From positions 4,544 to 68,543 of the IMG/VR virus record IMGVR_UViG_3300043777_000022: a DNA stretch of 64,000 nucleotides. One strand, written 5' to 3'. This DNA is from a virus. Position 1 is the stretch's first letter, and each line of letters starts with the position of its first letter. Positions 18,471 to 26,742 of this stretch are shown here, one piece after another. The notes below the pieces were generated by a model. It saw only the letters and a list, made by a program, of their open reading frames with translations, searched no databases and was not told where the DNA came from. The position numbers were made by a program, and so were the translations under genes.

Positions 18471-18635
18471 ATGCGCAAGCCAACTGACACCGAGATTGTC
18501 AACGAAGGGGCGCAAGCGCGCCGCGAGGGCAAGCCGGTTAATTCTAACCCCCACTGCTATCATTCACGCCGTACGTGGGAGTTTGGCTGGATGGCGGAAG
18601 ATCGTGCGTCAGGAGAGGACCAACATGCGCCCTAA
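18471..18635 (+). CDS. Rmf/CrpP-like small protein
   Basis: EG.QARREG...NPH......W..GW pattern; SD AGGAG. Confidence 0.55.
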   Translation: MRKPTDTEIVNEGAQARREGKPVNSNPHCYHSRRTWEFGWMAEDRASGEDQHAP

Positions 18636-18837
18636 CCTCCCCACTATCACGGCCACGCTCGCCACCCGCGACTGGGTGCGCCAGCGACGGAAGGCCCTTG
18701 GCCGCGAGCCGACCGATGCCGAGTTGTGCTTTTTCATCCACGGCCGCTACGCCTACTTGGACCCGGCTGACCGCGACTACGTCTATTCGTGCGCCCTTCA
18801 ACTCCCGCCCAAGTACATAGGAGAGAAAGATGGCTAA
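18625..18837 (+). CDS. Hypothetical protein
   Basis: SD before MRPNLPT. Confidence 0.6.
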   Translation: MRPNLPTITATLATRDWVRQRRKALGREPTDAELCFFIHGRYAYLDPADRDYVYSCALQLPPKYIGEKDG

Positions 18838-19190
18838 GAATTGCGCCCTCTTCATTGGTTTCGACCCGATCTCGTTGGAGTCAATTCCACCCGGCTGCTG
18901 GATCGAGTACGAAGCGCGCTCCCGCCGCTGGTTCCTGGTCTGCCCTGGAGACGACAAATGATAGTTAGAGCAATAGGCGTCGCCGTGGCGCTGTGCGCTG
19001 GCATCGGGTTCGGCTACTTTTATGTCCACGAGTGGGTTCCACTCTTTCACACAGGAGGCTGACATGGCCATACTTGCGTTTGTATTGTGGTGTTGCGCGA
19101 TCCTGGGCGCTATCTTGGCACCTATATTCTGGTGTTGCGTGATCATCGCCATCATAGCTGAACTGGAACCGCGAATACCGAAGAAAGGAA

Positions 19191-19454
19191 ATGAGCCATG
19201 AGCAAGTTCGAACTGATCATGTATATCTGGCTGCTGTTCAACGTCCTGGTAGCGGTGGCAGTGTCATGATCTCCAAGTACCCGTTCCAGGTGGTGGTCTG
19301 GCGCACCAATGGCAACGTGACCACTCTGCCGCAGACCAAGTCCTTCGAGACGCTTGGTGCGGCCGGTCACTATGCCGAGGCCGAGCAGCGCTCGCCCAGT
19401 GTCAAGCGGGTCGAAATCCTGGCCATAATTGACCAATGGAACAAGCCGGGCTAA
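19191..19454 (+). CDS. Hypothetical protein; start uncertain
   Basis: ORF track. Confidence 0.5.
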   Translation: MSHEQVRTDHVYLAAVQRPGSGGSVMISKYPFQVVVWRTNGNVTTLPQTKSFETLGAAGHYAEAEQRSPSVKRVEILAIIDQWNKPG

Positions 19455-19457
19455 AAT
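19429..19457 (+). promoter_or_regulatory. Sigma70-type promoter TTGACC-N17-TAAAAT
   Basis: Near consensus; ATG 5 nt downstream. Confidence 0.7.
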
Positions 19458-19462
19458 GGCGA

Positions 19463-19615
19463 ATGTCCAAGTTCGCCTTTCGCAACGACCCGCAGAAACG
19501 TAAACAAAGACTTGAGGCTCTGTATCTGGCCTCGAAGCAGAATCAACAGGTGAACAATCCTTCACCTGTTACTAAAGGCAAAATCCCCGCTCCTGTCGAG
19601 CAGCCCTCGTCTTAA
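19463..19615 (+). CDS. 50-aa protein, N-terminus MSKFAFRN
   Basis: Read by hand; first 8 aa identical to 14891-15241. Confidence 0.65.
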   Translation: MSKFAFRNDPQKRKQRLEALYLASKQNQQVNNPSPVTKGKIPAPVEQPSS

Positions 19616-19721
19616 CCCTCCCCGCCGTGCTAGGATAAGTCATGATCTTGACCCTCCTCATAGTCGTCTATCCCGTGTGTGGGCTGTGGTGGTTGGTCTG
19701 TACCAAGGAAGGGCGTAAGTA

Positions 19722-19901
19722 ATGGCCGACAACACTTTCGCGGTGGGCGATTATGTCAAGTGCGTCCGGGGCGGGCACAATCTGGCCGAGGGCGCGGAAT
19801 ACGACGTCCGGATGGTCGGCCGCAAGCTGGTGGCCGTCACCAACGACTCAGGCGAAGACTTCTGGTACGATCCGGAGCGCTTCGTGAAGGAGACCGATTA
19901 G
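19722..19901 (+). CDS. SH3-like small protein (FAVGDYVKCV...GAEYDV...NDSG..WYDPERF)
   Basis: 59-aa ORF read by hand. Confidence 0.7.
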   Translation: MADNTFAVGDYVKCVRGGHNLAEGAEYDVRMVGRKLVAVTNDSGEDFWYDPERFVKETD

Positions 19902-20176
19902 TCGTCTTTGTACGCTTCAATCCTGTAATGCTTGGAAGGGTCCAGCGTCTCTCCGACTTGAGGAATGCGATGGTTGGTGGCTTCCGGGTTGAGGCGGTAA
20001 AGCTTCTTGTCCTTGGTAACGGCAGTCATTACGCCGCGATCCCGCCCGCTGTAAACCGACGTAATCTTGTTGGGGTTTGGAACCCTCCCGGCTGCGTCCG
20101 CCCCGTGTCGCACTTTCGATCCCGCGACGCCCGAGTGTGCCCGTTCGTGGTCGAGTAGTTCTTTGTCCTTAGCCAT
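19898..20176 (-). CDS. Hypothetical protein in inverted two-gene cassette
   Basis: SD GGAG; convergent with 19722 gene. Confidence 0.6.
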   Translation of the reverse strand: MAKDKELLDHERAHSGVAGSKVRHGADAAGRVPNPNKITSVYSGRDRGVMTAVTKDKKLYRLNPEATNHRIPQVGETLDPSKHYRIEAYKDD

Positions 20177-20384
20177 TAGTCTTCTCCAGTCTTTGAACCA
20201 CTTCTGCCGGTTCTTCCCGGACGCAGAACGTGTTACTCAAGGTAGTAATTACCGTGTGACACTGTGGCTCAAACTCCCTGGCCACCGGGGTCCGAACCGA
20301 AACCACTTGCGACGGCGCGATCCAGACCGGATGCCCGTCGCTGGAAGTGAACACCAGTAGTCCTAACGCGACGAGCAGCCACAT
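20169..20384 (-). CDS. Small protein with hydrophobic N-terminus (PVWIAPSQVVSV...VREEPAEVV)
   Basis: ATG 5 nt after TGCTAAGGT. Confidence 0.55.
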   Translation of the reverse strand: MWLLVALGLLVFTSSDGHPVWIAPSQVVSVRTPVAREFEPQCHTVITTLSNTFCVREEPAEVVQRLEKTNG

Positions 20385-20496
20385 GCCGCACCTTAGCACA
20401 GGGACCGGCCTCCCGTCTATCTGGTTCGAGTGCTGCCATGGAGTGCCCCTGTCGGGCTGCGCCTCTCCGTGATACTCTCCACGCCGGAGGAGCCAT

Positions 20497-20773
20497 ATGC
20501 CCTTTATGCCTGGACAACGCGTGCGGTATGTTGGTCGAGCGTACGGCATTAGGACTCCTTGTCTTTATTGAAAAAGTGGGTTCGGTTATTAAGCATGACC
20601 GCCCCTCTAACGTCTTGGTGCTAATGGACGAAATTGCTGATCCCGAGTATCCTGATCGCCGTCAGTGGGGAGTGCTTCCCGAAAACCTTGAGTTGGAGGT
20701 GGACGACGACCCTTTGAACGCCGCGATACGCGCCTACGTGGACGCGCAGAAGAAGGAGTTGGGCCTTGTTTAG
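20497..20773 (+). pseudogene. C-terminal-tag family member 10, frameshifted
   Basis: SD GGAGG + MPFMPGQRVRYVG stops at 20569-20571; remainder (...PLNAAIRAYVDAQKKELGLV) is in the +1 frame. Confidence 0.7.
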
Positions 20774-21005
20774 CGTTGGTCAACGCGTAGAGTATTTTGA
20801 CGGGCAGTACCCTTGCCGCAAATACTTGGGCCTGAGGGCGACCGTGTTAGAGGTGTGGGAAAAGGTGCTTAAGGTTAAATTCGATAACGGGGTGCAGATT
20901 GGGTTCAATATCAAAAATTTCAGACCCTTGGAACCCGAGACGCCCTTCAATGCGTCGCTGCGCTCTTACATTGAAGCCGAGAAGAAGGAGTTGGGCCTTG
21001 TTTAG
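20766..21005 (+). CDS. C-terminal-tag family member 11
   Basis: FSVGQRVEY...TPFNASLRSYIEAEKKELGLV. Confidence 0.85.
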   Translation: MFSVGQRVEYFDGQYPCRKYLGLRATVLEVWEKVLKVKFDNGVQIGFNIKNFRPLEPETPFNASLRSYIEAEKKELGLV

Positions 21006-21261
21006 GGAAGGCGATAGAGTAAGGGTCGCGCGCAAGAGTTTTGGCAGCCCGACCGTGCCTGAAATGATCGGGCCAAGGCACGTTATAGAAAATGTCGGTG
21101 GTATTGTTGCCTGGATCATTCAACTGGACGGCCTCAGGCGAGGCAACAGGTGGGTATGTTATGTGAACGACTTGGAGTACGCACGTCCCAACAACCTTTC
21201 TCCCTTGGAGCTATTGATTGAAGCCTACGTGGCCGAGCAGCGCAAGGAGTTGGGAATATGA
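20998..21261 (+). CDS. C-terminal-tag family member 12
   Basis: TTG start; FREGDRVRV...LSPLELLIEAYVAEQRKELGI. Confidence 0.85.
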   Translation: MFREGDRVRVARKSFGSPTVPEMIGPRHVIENVGGIVAWIIQLDGLRRGNRWVCYVNDLEYARPNNLSPLELLIEAYVAEQRKELGI

Positions 21262-21563
21262 GGCCCTTTCGCCGGGGGGATATCGTTACTGACAGCAACT
21301 ACGGCGAGGTGCGGTTTATTGTCGTTTATCCGGACGGCGACGCCGCCTTTTCCAGGCCTAATAAGGGCCTGATGTTTGCTACGAGAGACGATGGAATTGG
21401 GCACAAGGGTGTTGAGAATCTGACAGTCGCGTGGCCAATTAGTAATGGCTGGTTCATCCGGTCAGAGCGCTGTCGATTAATAAAGGCGGCGCAGCCTATT
21501 TCTGCCTTGGAAGCCGACTTAGAGCGCTACATCGCCGCCGAGTTCAAGGAGTTGGGCCTATGA
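21258..21563 (+). CDS. C-terminal-tag family member 13
   Basis: FRRGDIV...PISALEADLERYIAAEFKELGL. Confidence 0.85.
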   Translation: MRPFRRGDIVTDSNYGEVRFIVVYPDGDAAFSRPNKGLMFATRDDGIGHKGVENLTVAWPISNGWFIRSERCRLIKAAQPISALEADLERYIAAEFKELGL

Positions 21564-21838
21564 GGTGGTGGTTTGGCCGAAAATTTCGACGGGGCGACCG
21601 CGTGGTGTACGTAAATAAGATACTTGACCCCGATTGCGTTGGAGTTCAAGGCGAAGTGTGCAATTGGTGGACGTGGGATCGAGTGATTAAACAATACGTG
21701 TACGGGGTTGCTTATGACGACGGTGAGTATAGCCACACTCGCCAGAGTAGCCTGAAGCGCCTCAAAGTGTCGCGCTTCGAGCGTTCGTTGCGCGCCTACA
21801 TTGCTGCCGAGAAGCAAGCACTAGGAATAGACCAATGA
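21560..21838 (+). CDS. C-terminal-tag family member 14
   Basis: FRRGDRVV...SRFERSLRAYIAAEKQALGI. Confidence 0.85.
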   Translation: MRWWFGRKFRRGDRVVYVNKILDPDCVGVQGEVCNWWTWDRVIKQYVYGVAYDDGEYSHTRQSSLKRLKVSRFERSLRAYIAAEKQALGIDQ

Positions 21839-22113
21839 CGATCTTTACCAAGAAGGGCGGCAACTTCGTACCGCTGACGCGCGAGCAAATTCGAAGGATG
21901 CGCCGCGTGGATCAGGTCGTGGCCGTCGAAAAGCTAAGCCAACAGCTACTCAACACTTCTCGTGCCCTGGCGGGCTGGATGGAGAGCGTGGAGAAGAAGC
22001 ATTTGAAGATGGACGCCCACGATCTGGTCGTGACGCGGTTGCCCAACATCGAGCGGGTGCAATTGCAATGTGACGCCCTGGACAAGGCACTCAAGGAGCT
22101 AAGGCGTGTCTAA
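21835..22113 (+). CDS. Helical hypothetical protein lacking the full tag
   Basis: Coupled ORF inside the array. Confidence 0.65.
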   Translation: MTIFTKKGGNFVPLTREQIRRMRRVDQVVAVEKLSQQLLNTSRALAGWMESVEKKHLKMDAHDLVVTRLPNIERVQLQCDALDKALKELRRV

Positions 22114-22360
22114 GCGTCAATGGAAGTTCAAGGTGGGTCAGCGTGTACGCTATATTGGGACCATGCGTGAGCATTGTGGAGAAATAGCCTATATTGAAAA
22201 ACTAGGGACGGGGATGAACGAGGACCGTTATCAACTAGCTAATTCTGAATTGCGGTGTTGTATGGAGGAAAGCCTGACGTTGGTTAGTCCTGCTTCTCCA
22301 TTCGAAGAGAGTTTGATAGCTTACATTGCGAAAGAAAAGAAGGAATTGGGTCTTGCTTAG
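22106..22360 (+). CDS. C-terminal-tag family member 15
   Basis: FKVGQRVRY...SPFEESLIAYIAKEKKELGLA. Confidence 0.85.
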   Translation: MSKRQWKFKVGQRVRYIGTMREHCGEIAYIEKLGTGMNEDRYQLANSELRCCMEESLTLVSPASPFEESLIAYIAKEKKELGLA

Positions 22361-22616
22361 ATTTAGAAAAGGACAGAAAGTAGCATTTAAGTATAGCGGC
22401 GTTAAGACGAACGCAGTCGTGGAAAGTGTGTGTCATTATGACTTGCTGGTCTATGTTGACAGCTGGCCACGCGGTCATGGACACCATCGCGACGGCAAGT
22501 GTTATTGGATAGAAAAGACCAACGTGGAGCGCGTCCGCACTCCGCACACCAAGATCGACAAGCTGGTCAACGCCTATTGCGAAGCCGAGTTTAAACAGAT
22601 GGGAATTCAACGATGA
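22353..22616 (+). CDS. C-terminal-tag family member 16
   Basis: TTG start; FRKGQKV...TKIDKLVNAYCEAEFKQMGI. Confidence 0.8.
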   Translation: MLRFRKGQKVAFKYSGVKTNAVVESVCHYDLLVYVDSWPRGHGHHRDGKCYWIEKTNVERVRTPHTKIDKLVNAYCEAEFKQMGIQR

Positions 22617-23197
22617 ATAGGACTTATCGAGTACAGTACAACGAGGACGGCCACTGGCGGCACATAGAAATACGCCACGTGGAAGAGTTGCACAATTGGA
22701 ACCAGTTGGTGTGGCAGGTCGCGTGGATCATTGCCAACATTGAGTACGGCCGGGTCAGAGACGTTAAACAATTGGAAAGTGTACTGAAGCCCGAGCGCCA
22801 GATTACGCTACTTGGAGTTGAGGGCACGCAGATCAAGGCCCGATGGTCCAATCGCACAGTGTTCACGATCCAGGACTTGGAGTTCGTGGACCAGGAGAAA
22901 GAGAAAGTAGAGCGAGCGGAGCGCGACAAGGCTCACGGGGGGATCGTTGAAGAGTTTGCGCCAGTACAGATGTATTACGCACAGGCGGCCGTGCAACAAC
23001 CTCTCGCCCCTCTTCAAGGGCAGTGGCAGCTGTACCCTGCTCCCGCAGAACCAAACGTGGCGCACCCTGCCGTTGCCCAAGGGCAAGGTGTAAATTTGGG
23101 AATCGCTGCCCAAGGGCAAGGTATAAATCATCAGGGAGTTCCTGCTGTGGACGAGGATCCGGTGTACCATTACAACGATCCGCGCCTTCGCCGCTGA
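22613..23197 (+). CDS. Hypothetical protein with Gln/Ala/Gly-rich tail
   Basis: Coupled ORF; AQGQG[VI]N duplicated. Confidence 0.65.
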   Translation: MNRTYRVQYNEDGHWRHIEIRHVEELHNWNQLVWQVAWIIANIEYGRVRDVKQLESVLKPERQITLLGVEGTQIKARWSNRTVFTIQDLEFVDQEKEKVERAERDKAHGGIVEEFAPVQMYYAQAAVQQPLAPLQGQWQLYPAPAEPNVAHPAVAQGQGVNLGIAAQGQGINHQGVPAVDEDPVYHYNDPRLRR

Positions 23198-23257
23198 ACG
23201 CCGGTTGACGAGGGCGCGTGGCCTGTGCTTCACTGCGTGCCCTCATAAGGATTTTTC

Positions 23258-25492
23258 ATGTCTGTAGTTGAACAGCCCAAAGAGACTTCCTCCGACGCTG
23301 TCAAGCAAACGATTGCTTGGGCGCGGAAACAAGGATTTCGCCCGGTTCCGTTGCGTTACGCGTCAAAAGCCGCCTTTAACGAGAAGTACGTGGACCTGAA
23401 TTACGTTCCGCCCGAAGACGACTTGTGGACTGGGCGGAAATTGGGCGTGGGCGTGGTGTGCGGCCCGAAATATGGACCGGGACCGGTCGATGTTGATTTG
23501 GACTGCGACGAGGCCGTGGCCTTTGCCAAAATCTTTCTGCCAACCACTTCCGCCGTATTCGGTCGCGCCTCCAAGCGTTCGTCCCACTGGCTGTACCGTG
23601 TCGAAGTAGATGAATTCCCGAAGCGGGCGTACGGCGACCCGGTCCAAGGCTCAACCATCGTGGAACTGCGTGGCGACGGCGGGCACCAGACTGTGTTCCC
23701 GGGTTCGATCCACGAGACCACCCATGAGGAAATCAAGTGGGAAATAAACGCCTTCCCGGACGTTCCGAAGGTGGACGCGGCGGCGTTAGAACTGGCGGTA
23801 AAGAAGATCGCCATTGCGACGCTGATCGTGCGGCACGCGTGGCTCGATGGCCAGCGCAACGAAGTGTGCAAACACTTGGCTGGCATCTTCTTCTACCTGG
23901 ACTGGACCGAGGACGAAGTCAAGCAGTTAATCGAAGCCGTGATGGAGTACACAGGTGACAATGACAAAACGCGTATCAAGACGGTCCACACGACATATAA
24001 AAAAGGTGAAAAGGGCGGGAAGATCACGGGGTCTAACAGCCTTCGAGCGTTGCTGGGGGACGCAAAAGTTGTTGACCGACTTCTTGAATGGAGTGGGTCC
24101 ACGGCGGCTTCCCTCTTACAGGACTATAATGAACGCTTTGCGGTCGTCACGGTTAAAGGCAAGTTCCGAATAGCCGAAACCGCAGGAGTGTCAAAAGGCG
24201 ACCCACCTACATTGTTTGCCCGCGACGACTTCCTTAACCTTATGGAAACGGACACGTTTACTGCGGACGACGGTAAGAAGGTTCCCAAGGCGCGCGTATG
24301 GTTGGCTAGCCCGAGGCGTCGCGCGTATCGGGGAATGGATTATATTCCCGGAGTAGAGGATGCCTCGCCCATACTCAACCTGTGGACTGGGTGGGGCGTG
24401 GACCCCAAGCCCGACGCGTCGTGCAGCGCCTGGAAGGATTTAATCTACTACACTATTTGCGGTTCGGACGACGAGACCTACAAGTGGTTAATCAATTGGT
24501 TCGCCAACATTCTGATCGAACCTAAAAACAAACCACTGACCGCGCCGGTCTTGGTCGGGCGACAGGGGGCAGGCAAGTCGCTGTCTCTAGGTTACTTTGG
24601 CCGCATCCTTGGCCCCGCTTACACAACGGTGACGCATGACGAACACATATACGGGAAGTTCAACAAACACCTTGCAACGACTTTGCTCCTCCATAGCGAA
24701 GAGGCCTTGTACGGGGGTGACCGAAAACATCGAGGCATTATTAAAAGTCTTATTACAGATGAATGGCGTATATTCGAACAAAAGGGAGTGGACGCGGAAA
24801 GAGTTCACAATTACCTGCGTCTTGTCCTCACCAGCAACGAGTCCTGGGCAGCCCCCACGGAAGTGGACGATAGACGTTTTACGATCATTGACCTTGAAGG
24901 AAGGAGTGCCCCCGCAGAAATAATCAAGGCCGTGTTGCACGAACAGGCGACGGACGGACCAGCCGGGTTGTTTCATTACTTGACCAAGGAGTTGGAGTAC
25001 GACCCGGCGCTGCCGCGCAAGAACCTGAAGAACGAGGCGCTGGCGTCGCTGAAGAAAATCAACATGGACCCTGTCGCTACGTGGTGGTACGAATGCCTAA
25101 AACTTGGACAACTGTTGCCTGATTATCTGTCTTGGGCATGCAAACCGGAGGGTGAAGCGTGGCCAGAGGTGGTGGCCTCGACTGCACTGCTAACTGCCAT
25201 GCAGTTGCACACCCGATTGGGTAAGGCCCGCTACGTCCCGGATGCCACTACTTTTGCTCTCACCTTGAACCGGATGGTAAACACTAAGCTGGAGAGGGAG
25301 CAGCGGTACTTTAACAATCCAGTATCGCCCAACCACCCCCGCGAAGTCCGGATGCTCAATAGGAAGCAACATACCATTCTTAACATGCCGACCTTGGAAA
25401 ACTGCAGGCGGGCCTTTGGGTGGTATATCGGCCAAGAGATAAGCTGGTCGGCAAACGAAAAGGAAGTGAAGGAACAACATGACAAGTTCTGA
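23258..25492 (+). CDS. Primase-polymerase fused to SF3-type helicase
   Basis: DVDLD, SHWLY, QTVFPGSIH prim-pol motifs; Walker A GRQGAGKS; LTSN, DDRRF. Confidence 0.9.
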   Translation: MSVVEQPKETSSDAVKQTIAWARKQGFRPVPLRYASKAAFNEKYVDLNYVPPEDDLWTGRKLGVGVVCGPKYGPGPVDVDLDCDEAVAFAKIFLPTTSAVFGRASKRSSHWLYRVEVDEFPKRAYGDPVQGSTIVELRGDGGHQTVFPGSIHETTHEEIKWEINAFPDVPKVDAAALELAVKKIAIATLIVRHAWLDGQRNEVCKHLAGIFFYLDWTEDEVKQLIEAVMEYTGDNDKTRIKTVHTTYKKGEKGGKITGSNSLRALLGDAKVVDRLLEWSGSTAASLLQDYNERFAVVTVKGKFRIAETAGVSKGDPPTLFARDDFLNLMETDTFTADDGKKVPKARVWLASPRRRAYRGMDYIPGVEDASPILNLWTGWGVDPKPDASCSAWKDLIYYTICGSDDETYKWLINWFANILIEPKNKPLTAPVLVGRQGAGKSLSLGYFGRILGPAYTTVTHDEHIYGKFNKHLATTLLLHSEEALYGGDRKHRGIIKSLITDEWRIFEQKGVDAERVHNYLRLVLTSNESWAAPTEVDDRRFTIIDLEGRSAPAEIIKAVLHEQATDGPAGLFHYLTKELEYDPALPRKNLKNEALASLKKINMDPVATWWYECLKLGQLLPDYLSWACKPEGEAWPEVVASTALLTAMQLHTRLGKARYVPDATTFALTLNRMVNTKLEREQRYFNNPVSPNHPREVRMLNRKQHTILNMPTLENCRRAFGWYIGQEISWSANEKEVKEQHDKF

Positions 25493-25817
25493 AATTGGAA
25501 GACGAGTAATAAAAACCGGGGGCGATTACAGGTTTAGTGGCGTTGTAGTGGCCGTCTTCACTAAGAAATCCGGCGTAATCCGATATGTAGTCGAGAATGA
25601 CGAGGGTATCTTGCACATTTTCAGCGCAGCCAATTTTAAAGGATCACCAAGCATGACAAGTTTTGACTATTTTACTACGGAAGACTTGAAGAGTATGACT
25701 GTGGCGGAACGCTTCTACACCACTGAAGTGTTGGTTGTGGCGCGTAAGAACGGATACAACATTCCCTTGGACGTGGCGTTCCTGATAGCGAAGGACGTTA
25801 TACTGAAACAGTCATAG
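25479..25817 (+). CDS. Protein with N-terminal SH3 barrel reminiscent of DfrB/R67 fold
   Basis: GRRVIKTGGDYRFSGVVV...RYVVENDEGILHIF. Confidence 0.45.
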   Translation: MTSSEIGRRVIKTGGDYRFSGVVVAVFTKKSGVIRYVVENDEGILHIFSAANFKGSPSMTSFDYFTTEDLKSMTVAERFYTTEVLVVARKNGYNIPLDVAFLIAKDVILKQS

Positions 25818-26003
25818 CGGCTGCACGCGGGGCATGCTAATGTCTCCGTTGCGGCCTATGGCGGTACTGCCTTGGTCGTTTCGGGGCGACCCCGGAGGGC
25901 GAAAGCTAGTGGAGAGGCTCAACCTTAAGTCTCTGACATTCTCCACGGAGAGCCGCTGATAATGGCGGTGGGTCGTACCCAGTTTTCACAATAGGAGATT
26001 GAA

Positions 26004-26192
26004 ATGCACACCCAAATCGAACCAAAGAAGACAATTGCCACTATACATGCCACCGGCCAACAGCCCGGAATGCCCAATAGGAGTCTTTCCTTTGTCGTGA
26101 CTCCCGAAGACTTCGAGCGCGTCAAGGCTGAGGCTATTAGCCAAGGCACGTCGATGGGCGCGATCTTGCGCCAGTTGGTTGACCTGCTCTGA
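26004..26192 (+). CDS. Ribbon-helix-helix DNA-binding protein
   Basis: SLSFVVTPEDFERVKAEAISQGTSMGAILRQLV; SD AGGAG. Confidence 0.7.
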   Translation: MHTQIEPKKTIATIHATGQQPGMPNRSLSFVVTPEDFERVKAEAISQGTSMGAILRQLVDLL

Positions 26193-26394
26193 CGGAGCGC
26201 CCGTGGCAGGCAGCCGCGACGCGTGATACAGTAGCGACATGGATTATGAACGGTGTGAATGCGGCAGGTTTGTTGTCTTGGCCCACGTGGGCGACGGTTA
26301 CTACTGCCCATGCCGTTTGGAGCTTCACCCCGTCCCTTTGAGTGACAGGCTGGGTGTTGGGACTGCAGATCACTCAAAACAACAGGAGGCATGC

Positions 26395-26655
26395 ATGCCT
26401 GCTCAACGTATCTCCGGTTCGGCCACCGGTACTTCCCCGGCCGTCCCCCTGAACGGCCACTACCCTAAGTTTCTCAAGGGTAGCTCCGGGTCGGTCTGGA
26501 TCATGACCGCGCCGAAGACCGGCACGCTCTTGGTCAAGGGCCGTACCGAGCCGTTCCGCAACAAGCGCGTGGACGTGGGTTACACCACCTCCAAGCTGAA
26601 GGAAAGCGTGATGGAAGCCTACCACGGCACCATCACTCTGAACGTGGCGGCTTAA
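26395..26655 (+). CDS. Hypothetical protein
   Basis: SD GGAGG before MPAQRISG. Confidence 0.7.
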   Translation: MPAQRISGSATGTSPAVPLNGHYPKFLKGSSGSVWIMTAPKTGTLLVKGRTEPFRNKRVDVGYTTSKLKESVMEAYHGTITLNVAA

Positions 26656-26686
26656 CGGTCGGCCAGGATTAGGTGGTTTCACAACT

Positions 26687-26724
26687 TGATGCACCGCTAA
26701 TCGGGAACGGTTGGCGGTGCATCA
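26687..26724 (+). other. 17-bp hairpin with GGAA tetraloop
   Basis: TGATGCACCGCTAATCG-GGAA-CGGTTGGCGGTGCATCA. Confidence 0.65.
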
Positions 26725-26742
26725 TTTACATAGGAGATAAGC

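Noticed and set aside
7534-20773. Idea that the 8-nt-loop tRNA suppresses the array frameshifts
   Set aside because: The +1 sites are at a C run or lack an in-frame GAG codon, and one lesion needs a -1 shift
9589-22616. Tag arrays as CRISPR, integron or DGR
   Set aside because: Repeats are coding and degenerate; no cas, integrase/attC or reverse transcriptase with a template/variable repeat pair was seen
23075-23128. 21-bp near-duplicate GCCCAAGGGCAAGGT[G/A]TAAAT
   Set aside because: Simple coding duplication in a low-complexity tail
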